A stretch of 64,000 bases of DNA from Candidatus Poribacteria bacterium (GTDB lineage Bacteria; Poribacteria; WGA-4E; PCPOR2b), in contig OZ242326.1 of the NCBI GenBank assembly GCA_965208325.1, forward strand, positions 2,528,001 through 2,592,000, in the 5' to 3' direction. A model generated the notes under the pieces. That model ran no database searches. It had not been told where the DNA came from and saw only the letters and a list, made by a program, of their open reading frames with translations. Made by a program: the position numbers and the translations under genes. Positions 56,148 through 64,000 of this stretch are shown in pieces. Position 1 is the first letter of the stretch, and each line of letters begins with the position of its first letter.

Positions 56148-56492
56148 TTGATTACGCCGCCAGCGAACGCCGCAACCGCGCTGCACAGAACCACATGCAA
56201 CAGTGTGATTAGAACGCAGTTGTTTACCGCAGCGGCCCGTCAATCTGTCAATTGTAATTTGAGCCGCCTGTTTTGTCAATTAAAATCCCATAGTTGCCGT
56301 CAACGGATGAATGGATTTTACGCTTGACACCGGCGTGCACCTTTGCCAAAATTGACAATGGCGCGGTGGATAGCGCGTAGGCAGAAAAAGCGGTTGGACG
56401 AGTCCGGCATGATGAAGGATTCACCGCAATTCCGCGGCAAGGGTCTAGACTTTCCCTACCTTGCGGCAGTATACGGCTGAGGCTGAACGCAT

Positions 56493-57098
56493 ATGGCAAA
56501 ATCTGACGATTCAAAGGCACACACCAGACGATCCTTTTTTCGGGAGGCGCTGTCTAGGCTTGCGCAGCCGGTCGCAGAGTACGTGGATTCACAGATTGGC
56601 GCGTATATCCCCGCCGAAAAAGCATTGTTGCGTCCGCCAGGGGCGATTATTGAGGATGAGTTTTTGGATACGTGTGTGCGCAGCGGAGCCTGCGTAAACA
56701 GTTGTCCGGCTCGTGCAATCCAACCTATCAATGCACGCGATCCCGATCGGGCGGGAACCCCGTTCATCGATCCGGACTATCAACCGTGCGTGGTCTGCGA
56801 AACGCTCGAATGTATGAACGTTTGCCCAAGCGGGGCGCTGCAAAAACTGACGGTCAACGAGATTCAGATTGGGTTAGCGGGCGTCAATTATGATACGTGC
56901 CTTCGGACACAAGCAATCGGCTGCCGCGACTGCGTCGACAGTTGTCCAATCGGCGAGCGCGCGATTCGGATAGACGCACATAACCGGGTTGAGGTCATGT
57001 CGCCGGGCTGCGTCGGCTGCGGCGTCTGCCAGTATCACTGTCCAACCTCGCCAAAATCAATTCGCGTTGAAGCGATAAAGGCGGTGGAGAGTGGTTAG
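56493..57098 (+). CDS. NapG/MauM-like 4Fe-4S ferredoxin
   Basis: RRSFF, LRPPGA, multiple CxxCxxxCP clusters. Confidence 0.85.
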   Translation: MAKSDDSKAHTRRSFFREALSRLAQPVAEYVDSQIGAYIPAEKALLRPPGAIIEDEFLDTCVRSGACVNSCPARAIQPINARDPDRAGTPFIDPDYQPCVVCETLECMNVCPSGALQKLTVNEIQIGLAGVNYDTCLRTQAIGCRDCVDSCPIGERAIRIDAHNRVEVMSPGCVGCGVCQYHCPTSPKSIRVEAIKAVESG

Positions 57099-57118
57099 TG
57101 AAGAGTTAAAAAAGCTAT

Positions 57119-57260
57119 TGTAGGTTGGGTTGATCGGCGTGGACGAACCAAAGGAAGTTTGCTGCATGCGGTCGGTGTTTCGACTGCGGTCAAAATGTGA
57201 ACCGATGAAGCGTAACCCAACGTTTTTCAAACCTCCGGACGACAGAAAAGCGTTGGGTTT
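57119..57260. repeat. GTAG-type REP/REPIN-like element (partial)
   Basis: TGTAGGTTGGGTTGATCG...GCGTAACCCAACG...CGTTGGGTTT. Confidence 0.75.
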
Positions 57261-57278
57261 AGGAAATGCTTTCGCGTT

Positions 57279-57923
57279 CTAAAACCGGAGCGTTAATTGC
57301 GTACCTAACCCGTTGCGTGACGCAACAGGGTCCAAGCCAAGTGTGGCTCGGTCGCCGTCAAGCTGAAACAGGTGTCCGAAAGATGCAACTTGATTCTGCT
57401 GGTTGATTTTATTTGCTGACATCGGCGCATCAATCAGCGACCATATTGCTCCGCCGAACAAGAGCAGATAACCGGGAACTCTAACCCAGCCACCATTATC
57501 GCCGTCTGGGTTATCATCGGATTCGTCCTTGTTATCACCGCCCGCACTCAATGTGAGTCCCAAACCTACGATTCCCGCGCCGAATTGGATTGCTCCCTTC
57601 GCATATTGGCCGTTGTAGAATTGCCCGGCTCCAATGATTGGAAACGAAAGACCGAGCGCTACCATGGGATTTTTCTTTTTCTCAATTCCATGCATTCTCA
57701 TCACGGTCTCCTTGGAGATTTTTTCAATCTCTTTCATCTTGAATCGGAATGCCTTGCCGTCAAATCTTACTATATTCAGCGATTTTTCTGGAATCTGTTC
57801 AATGATTGTTCCGCGAATGATACCTCCATTTTTCAAATAAACAACATCTTCAAACTTCTGTGCAACCACCTGAGTCGTTACGAAAAATGCCACGGCGGAT
57901 GCAATCAATATAAATCGGTACAT
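57279..57923 (-). CDS. hypothetical exported or membrane protein
   Basis: Signal peptide; DVVYLKNG.IIRG.I domain; KNP..A..LS...GAGQFYNG motif; terminal Phe. Confidence 0.7.
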   Translation of the reverse strand: MYRFILIASAVAFFVTTQVVAQKFEDVVYLKNGGIIRGTIIEQIPEKSLNIVRFDGKAFRFKMKEIEKISKETVMRMHGIEKKKNPMVALGLSFPIIGAGQFYNGQYAKGAIQFGAGIVGLGLTLSAGGDNKDESDDNPDGDNGGWVRVPGYLLLFGGAIWSLIDAPMSANKINQQNQVASFGHLFQLDGDRATLGLDPVASRNGLGTQLTLRF

Positions 57924-58122
57924 ACCTTCCTCCTGAAGTCTTTGTGTTCGGACGCGCTCGTAGGTTAGAGCTGCTATCTTACCAAATGGAGCCGATTGCC
58001 ATTGAGCAGGGCAATTTTATCACGGCTAACTGGATGCGTCAATACTCGATTTTCAGACATTTCGCGGATTGTAGGTACGATGCAACCTACAGGATTTTAG
58101 CTGATAAACGTTAAGAAGCATT

Positions 58123-58481
58123 TGTAGGTTGGGTAGAGCGGGTTCAGCCAAAAATCGCCCATTATGACGAACCGCATCCGTCAATCTAACCACGCACAAA
58201 AGCCGATGAGTGTAGCGAAACCCAACGCTTTTAAAACCTCACCCATCCCAATTGATTTCCAAACACCGACACCGGGGCTAATCCCCAACAACGCTTCTGT
58301 TTCTTCTATTCCAATTGCATTAATCATTCCGACCGACAACCGGCAACCGAAACGCCTCAAAAACGCTGGGTTTCGGAGAAGATTGGAGAGGAGAGGAGAG
58401 GACTATAACGGGAGACAACTATCGCCCTCGTTATTCACTCGATTGATCCTTCGCTATTCGCTCAGTTGGTCCTAACCTACA
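58123..58481. repeat. long GTAG-type REPIN-like element with internal inserts
   Basis: TGTAGGTTGGGTAGAGCG...GTAGCGAAACCCAACG...GCTGGGTTTCG...CCTAACCTACA. Confidence 0.75.
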
Positions 58482-59027
58482 AAAACTGATGCCACTGTTT
58501 AAAAATTTGGGATATTTGATTTGCTTATTTCTTGAGCATTTGCAACATGCGAAAATTAGCGAAAATGGGCGCAACGCTAGACAGAGACTAGGTTTGCGGT
58601 GTTGAGTATTTTTGAGTATCAAAAATAATAAGTTGAGAACGCTCATTTTTGAATGCGCTGACAAGTTGATTGATTCAGCCATCATAGATAGCCTCTTAAA
58701 ATGTGCATTGGTTCGTCCGAATCGTCGTCGACTGGCATTCCGTTTGGGAGTTTTTCAACGGGGAAACGTGTGATCGGCAACTCGACCGCGCCCTGGAGCG
58801 CATAGGGACCGCCGCATAAATCGCCGGTTGGGAATTGCCGCATCTGGCACATGAACACTGCGGGAAGAGTTTCGTTGAACGCGATCCAACCATTGGCGAC
58901 AACCGGTTCTAATGCCGAGATAAGGTCAAACTTGCGGCCGCGTCATTTGTGGAATTAGGGGTGGACAGCGGGATTAATATGGCGTGTTTACCGTGATTCC
59001 TTGATAGGTCGATTGTTTCTTCAAAGG

Positions 59028-59480
59028 CTAAACGGTTGCAGGGTCAACAATCACGATGCCTTCGTCGTGGTAACGCTCAAAGTCATTTGTGTTGAAAGTC
59101 AATATATGTGTTACTCTGTTGTAAACCATTGACGCGACTAAACGGGCGTCGAAAGTCTGTATTCCCGATACGTCATATTTCACTACGAGGCGTCGCCATA
59201 TGCGATAGATAGCAGGTGAATCGGTAAGCAAAGGGAAGATTTTCTCTGCTCTTAACAAGAGGTGATCTATTTGGGAAATGTCTAAACCGTAGCCGTTTTT
59301 GACAGTCGATCGGGTTGAAACGGTCCAGAACTCCGCAAAATTCTGCGATGTGGTTTTCAGTACGTCGTTGTTCGCCCACAGTTTATTCACAGCGGATTGG
59401 ACAGTTGTATAATTTGGATCCGTCGTGTGCAAAAGCCGTAAGAGAACATTGGTATCGACCAGATAAATCACGACTATCAA
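59028..59480 (-). CDS. PIN-domain (VapC-like) ribonuclease toxin
   Basis: YLVDTNVLL, QNFAEF, FDARLVA and LTFNTNDF acidic tetrad; start overlaps or abuts the upstream stop. Confidence 0.9.
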   Translation of the reverse strand: MIVVIYLVDTNVLLRLLHTTDPNYTTVQSAVNKLWANNDVLKTTSQNFAEFWTVSTRSTVKNGYGLDISQIDHLLLRAEKIFPLLTDSPAIYRIWRRLVVKYDVSGIQTFDARLVASMVYNRVTHILTFNTNDFERYHDEGIVIVDPATV

Positions 59481-62479
59481 TCGTCCTCGTATATTCCTTC
59501 ACGGCTGACCGCGTGATTTGAGAGGGGTGGGGCATCAGGACCAGCGAATTCCATGAATTTGTCTGCTAGCTGGCCAGCCAATGCTTCTAAATCAAGCCTG
59601 CCTGTTCGGAGGAGATTTTCATGGGCGCGGGCTGCATGCCGACGTACGTTCTCATTGCGGCTTTCAATTCCGGCTTTCAGGATAGTTTCTGCTCCTTCAG
59701 TGTAAATGTCAACGGTGTCACTAGTGAATCCATCAGTTAGCTTTGCAAAGCAGGCGACGACTTTGGCAGTATAATCGGGAAGCATCTCGCACAAAGCGTC
59801 AATTTGAATTGCGACTGACATTTTTTCCGCTTTGCTGACGTCCAGGATCCTGGAGTACGCGTTTAATCGCCAGTGAGCATCTAAACACTTGGCTTTCAGC
59901 CAGAATGTGAACTTGCCGAGTTCCTTGGGTTCTTTACTAGTGAAACGCCAATTAAAAAAGTCTATAATTCTGGCCTTTACAATTGCATTAAGTTCGCCAT
60001 TGGTATCCCGCAAGATTCGACCCACGTGGTCAAACAAATTCTCCCAATGCTCAAGATTGTTGGCAGTAGCCTTGTAATAGTCCTCTAGCAGACTTGTGTC
60101 GCCTGTGAGGGGATACGTCTCCCACAAATAGAAGGTAAATAGTCGTTGGCCAAGTAGATAAATCAGTTGGGTGGCGTTGGATTGCCTCTCATTGAATTTA
60201 GCTAGATTCTGTAGCGCAAATTCAAAATCGCCGCGAAGAACCTTAAAGGTAGGTTTAAACGGTTTATTGCAGCTCAAGAAGCCGTTAAAGGCGGCAAGCC
60301 ATTTGGGGAACTCAGCGCGCGGAAACAAGTCTGATTTGTGTTCAGTCGCCCATGCCTCATTTAGGTAAAAAATTCGATTGTAGTTCTTTCCCAGAATAGC
60401 ATACTCTGGCTGGGTCACGGGCTGTCCCGTTTCCGAAGCAAACCGACTTTCAAGAATCGCCGTTAATTCAGAGACTTCAGATTCTGAATCATGTCTTCGC
60501 ACCCAGAATCCGAATTGAACCAACGCGTCGAGTGCACGGCTTCGCGTGTTATTGATTCCTTCGGTGATTAGGTCGTTTTGGTTCAAAAAGTGCCGCTTGT
60601 CTCGATCCAGCCATGAATCATATTGTGTGCAAAGCATCTTCAGCAGTGTGGAAAGTTGCAGCCGTGCGGAGATGGGAACGTTTACATCGTCTTGCAGGCA
60701 TACTTCGATAAAATCACAGACTGCCCGCCGGGAATTGTACCAGTTAGGGTTGTCTCGGGATTCGTCGCCTTGTTTACCTAGCCTATAGTCTTCCTTGAGA
60801 TCTTGGTCAGGGTGGGAAAGTACCCATTCGCTAAATGATAACCACGCGCTAAGCCTGTCGAAGTGCTTCGATTTTACGTCCGTTTGCATGGCGACAATCA
60901 TCATTCGCACGTAAATGGGTCTCTCAATTTTTTCGCGATTTTCAATCCAGAATTTGCGCCTTTTGAGATTCGGGATAATGTGTTGCGTGAAAAAAGTTTG
61001 AAACGCGACGCTGAGGCCTTCAATGTTGACTTCTATAAAATGATTACCTTTGTAAAGGGGCTTTTCTCCCTCGTACTTGTTTATGTAGGCGAGTAGTTCT
61101 TCATCGGTGAGTTTGGAAAGGTCGTCGGGTGAGCGTGGGCTACGACTAGAAACTGGTCCTCCTCTTGTCTTTATTAGCGGATAGTCGTCATCGGATATCT
61201 CATCCTCAGCCTGAGCCTCAGATTCTAACTGTTGCAAATAGGTTTCATATTCGCCGAATAGCACGGGCGCAAAAGGCTTGAGTTGCTTGCGATGGAAACG
61301 GAGCTGAAGTTGTCTAAACTCGTCCTGGTTAAGGGTATCTTTTGAGGGGCCGCTGCGGATGCAATCGAAAATATGTCTAAGCTCTTCCTTTGTAAGCAAT
61401 GCCGTACCAAACTGTTCACAAGCTCTTCGAATCATTTGTTGAAATTCATAACCGTATTCCAATCGTTGATAATCTTGATAATCTAGAATCATTTGCCGAA
61501 TCCACGGTTTGGTTTGCTCACTTGGATATTTGGCATAGAGGTGCTGGCGCAGGCGTTTGAATATACGCCAGTGCTGGTTGCGCAATGCTTCGTCCAAATC
61601 GAGAATTGAATCGGGTCTTTTTTCGTAAACCCGACGACAAGCGAAGGTGAGTGTATGAACCAGTGATTTATCAGGGGCTTCATAATCATCCTCAGATTCA
61701 TCGAGCCGTACACACCAGTAATCGGAATAGTCGACATCGTTGTCAAAGTCCCCTTGATGCGTTCGCACATCAATCATATTTGCGGCGGCATAGATGAGAA
61801 TGCACGCAACCTTGTAGGGTTCTTCCTCGGCAAGCGGACGAACGCCTTTGGACAATATCTCACCGTATTCCCAACTACCAATTCGAGGGGACGGTTCAAG
61901 TTGCGTCGCCGCTACCCTAGTTGCTATTGCGGCTAAATCTTGCTGATTCTCTCTCCGCCGTTTCCGCTTGTCCCTTTCTTGGGAATCAGGCAAAAACGCA
62001 ACTAGTATTTTTGAAAGTTCCAATGCATCCGATATCTGATTCTCCTTGGTCCAATGGGCTAACAAGTCTGAGTATTGATACGTCCAAACTTGGTGTTCTA
62101 GCTCTAGAGATTCAAGTATTTTCGGCATCAGTTTGGCGGAATGTTCTCCGCGGAGTTCCAATGCAATTTCCAAAATGTCATCATAAACGCTAGGATTGTC
62201 AACTTTAGGGAGTCCCAACACTAAATTAACAACTTGATCGGGCACATCGCACGACACATTTTTGAGGTATTGAAGTTCGGGCCAACGGGGGAATTGAACG
62301 TAGCCATCGTCAAAGTATCTAATTTTTGGGGGTGACTGAAAAATTCCGCGTTTGACGAGCGGTTGAATCCAGAGGGGATTCGACAACCTTGAGAAAAAAT
62401 ACCGGCGCCCGGTTCCTTTTTTGACCAGCCTTAAGGCCTTATCTATCATTTCATTCGTTGGTTTCTTCCAAGATTTCAT
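59477..62479 (-). CDS. 1000-aa alpha-helical hypothetical protein with C-terminal antitoxin-like tail; candidate defence protein
   Basis: Long intact ORF with no signal peptide and no NTPase motif seen; ends ALAGQLADKF...PPLSNHAVSREGIYEDD. Confidence 0.75.
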   Translation of the reverse strand: MKSWKKPTNEMIDKALRLVKKGTGRRYFFSRLSNPLWIQPLVKRGIFQSPPKIRYFDDGYVQFPRWPELQYLKNVSCDVPDQVVNLVLGLPKVDNPSVYDDILEIALELRGEHSAKLMPKILESLELEHQVWTYQYSDLLAHWTKENQISDALELSKILVAFLPDSQERDKRKRRRENQQDLAAIATRVAATQLEPSPRIGSWEYGEILSKGVRPLAEEEPYKVACILIYAAANMIDVRTHQGDFDNDVDYSDYWCVRLDESEDDYEAPDKSLVHTLTFACRRVYEKRPDSILDLDEALRNQHWRIFKRLRQHLYAKYPSEQTKPWIRQMILDYQDYQRLEYGYEFQQMIRRACEQFGTALLTKEELRHIFDCIRSGPSKDTLNQDEFRQLQLRFHRKQLKPFAPVLFGEYETYLQQLESEAQAEDEISDDDYPLIKTRGGPVSSRSPRSPDDLSKLTDEELLAYINKYEGEKPLYKGNHFIEVNIEGLSVAFQTFFTQHIIPNLKRRKFWIENREKIERPIYVRMMIVAMQTDVKSKHFDRLSAWLSFSEWVLSHPDQDLKEDYRLGKQGDESRDNPNWYNSRRAVCDFIEVCLQDDVNVPISARLQLSTLLKMLCTQYDSWLDRDKRHFLNQNDLITEGINNTRSRALDALVQFGFWVRRHDSESEVSELTAILESRFASETGQPVTQPEYAILGKNYNRIFYLNEAWATEHKSDLFPRAEFPKWLAAFNGFLSCNKPFKPTFKVLRGDFEFALQNLAKFNERQSNATQLIYLLGQRLFTFYLWETYPLTGDTSLLEDYYKATANNLEHWENLFDHVGRILRDTNGELNAIVKARIIDFFNWRFTSKEPKELGKFTFWLKAKCLDAHWRLNAYSRILDVSKAEKMSVAIQIDALCEMLPDYTAKVVACFAKLTDGFTSDTVDIYTEGAETILKAGIESRNENVRRHAARAHENLLRTGRLDLEALAGQLADKFMEFAGPDAPPLSNHAVSREGIYEDD

Positions 62480-63107
62480 CCATACTCCTTATCCGCTCAA
62501 GTTCGCTGCTAGCAGCGGTGTATAGAAAGTCATCAAGGTTCTGAAAATGTCTAACTACTTCAGAGGATGCAGCCATGTCAAATTCGCCATCACGTAGATG
62601 GGTATGTTCCAAAAACCACCGTCTTGCGCGCTTCCATTCTGTCAGAAGGTTTTGGGGAATCTCATCCGCGTCGGCATAATCCAAAAAGGTTGTGAAGAAT
62701 AGGCTTTCTGCTTTTGAGGCTCGGTGACGTCCATCTCTGTGTTTATTGATTAGAACCTGTATCTTTTCACAAATTTCATAAGGGATTAAATTTCCAATTT
62801 CGGTGTTATCTATATTACTAACAACTTCCACTCCCCATTCGTCTTCCCAATGATTTTGTATTTCACCCACAAGTTGCACATATTGAACCGACTCTGGCTG
62901 GATTCCCAACCGGGGAAGGCTGTTCATCAAATCCCTGCCGGTGTGGGATACGAACGTAATGTAGCCCGGCAGTTTCTTTTCTAGGAGATTTAATGCACCT
63001 TTGTAAGCTTCAGCAAATACCGGTAACTGGAGTTCATCGTTAATCCAGTTAAATACTGTCTGCTGATCTGTCGAAAGCGTAACGCCCTCATTGCTTGTAT
63101 GATTCAA
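62451..63107 (-). CDS. hypothetical helical protein, HEPN-like candidate nuclease
   Basis: SHTGRDLMNSL and W...RRWFLEHTH motifs; overlaps the next gene by 29 nt. Confidence 0.55.
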   Translation of the reverse strand: MNHTSNEGVTLSTDQQTVFNWINDELQLPVFAEAYKGALNLLEKKLPGYITFVSHTGRDLMNSLPRLGIQPESVQYVQLVGEIQNHWEDEWGVEVVSNIDNTEIGNLIPYEICEKIQVLINKHRDGRHRASKAESLFFTTFLDYADADEIPQNLLTEWKRARRWFLEHTHLRDGEFDMAASSEVVRHFQNLDDFLYTAASSELERIRSMDEILEETNE

Positions 63108-63561
63108 AGTAGAAACTCTCTAATGGGTTGAAAACCTATATGTCATAAAATGCACGATTTTACGCCTAATCTCCCACGCTGACACCGAAATCCTCGTCCC
63201 CTATCTCTGTAACTTTCACATACAATCGGTTCTTGTCCACTAGGTTCGCCGTGAACTTACCCCCATCCTATGGACAGTGATGAATACGACTTAAGCTGGA
63301 AAACCTTCACAGTTTGCCCTGTTTCAAACGCTGGAATTTATTGGTAATATACCTTATGCAGCGTGTGAAAGTCAAGCGATTGAGCGATAGGTAAAGCACT
63401 TTTGAGTTGGGTTGAGAGGGCTATCGAAACCAAACTTCTTCTTCGATTAAACTGTTTTTGGCGAGTGATTTAAATTGAAGTCGGCAGGACGTTTTGATAG
63501 AATGACGCGGATTATCCTCTATTTTCGATACGCCAAGTGTATAGTAAAGACTGATACGCCA

Positions 63562-64000
63562 ATGCCTATGAATGCCAAAAACCTGCCTGGTGCGGTAAAC
63601 AACCAATCACTGTTTTCGGATTACTACCTCGACTCCCTGATCATTGACCAGCCGCAGTGGAGGAGTACACCGAAAATTGAATCGGATTACGCCGCAATTA
63701 AAGCCCGCGTTGACGCCGTCGCCCCCAACGCAGAACACCTCAACGAGTCACAAACTGAACGCGAACTCATCCAACCGCTGCTCGAACTGTTAGGGCACGT
63801 TTTCGAGGTGCAGCCCGCACTCCAAACATCGTTGGGCACCAAGAGACCAGATTACGCCTTCTTCGAGTCGACAGACGCGCACGATACGTCGAAACCTCAC
63901 ATCAACACCAACGAGTTCTTCAAAACGGCTTTCGCCATCGGGGATGCGAAAGCGTGGTCACGCAATCTAGACCGGAAAGCACAGGGACGGGGCGACCCGT
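63562..64000 (+). CDS. N-terminus of a type IIG (Eco57I-like) restriction-modification enzyme (runs off window)
   Basis: Manual translation: MPMNAKN...LFSDYYL...NESQTERELIQPLLELLGH...RPDYAFF...IGDAKAW..NLD, a PD-(D/E)xK nuclease core. Absent from the ORF track because it has no stop within the window. Confidence 0.8.
   Translation, partial: MPMNAKNLPGAVNNQSLFSDYYLDSLIIDQPQWRSTPKIESDYAAIKARVDAVAPNAEHLNESQTERELIQPLLELLGHVFEVQPALQTSLGTKRPDYAFFESTDAHDTSKPHINTNEFFKTAFAIGDAKAWSRNLDRKAQGRGDP

Noticed and set aside
58164..58902. Short ORFs at 58164, 58431 and 58696
   Set aside because: They are repeat-derived or lack recognisable features.

Overview
Bacterial chromosomal window. The style strongly suggests Candidatus Poribacteria or a similar sponge-associated lineage (inference): ECF-sigma/TM/WD40 fusions, C-terminal 'V-x-P/A-K-x-K-L-x-x-x-W-x-x-L-K'-like tails, FlgD/T9SS-like 'NYPNPFNP' CTDs, and Kelch, LamG and PQQ propeller proteins. 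Left to right: (1) a Zur-controlled zinc-starvation operon (ZnuA-like SBP, COG0523 GTPase, His-rich secreted propeller protein, 2Fe-2S ferredoxin, small Cys lipoprotein) with a clear Zur box; (2) a tandem array of eight diverged LivJ-like substrate-binding lipoproteins plus a decayed remnant, with no permease or ATPase nearby (a further paralog lies at 38.5 kb); (3) two membrane-anchored ECF-type sensor genes, one truncated and frameshifted at a G6 run; (4) oxidoreductases, a Kelch protein, a PaaK-like CoA ligase next to a flavin-dependent halogenase, and a PorV-like protein; (5) tRNA-Val/tRNA-Asp, serS, and a sulfurtransferase whose catalytic Cys codon is an in-frame TGA (probable selenoprotein missed by the ORF track); (6) double-length UvrA, Nramp-like transporter, M28 peptidase, rpsT, mtaB, cytochrome P460-like protein and ferredoxin; (7) a candidate defence island: a HEPN-like ORF, a 1000-aa helical protein ending in a VapB-like antitoxin tail, and a PIN toxin, divergent from a type IIG restriction-modification gene. 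Three families of small palindromic repeats are scattered through the window. All family assignments are from motif recognition by eye; no database searches were run.
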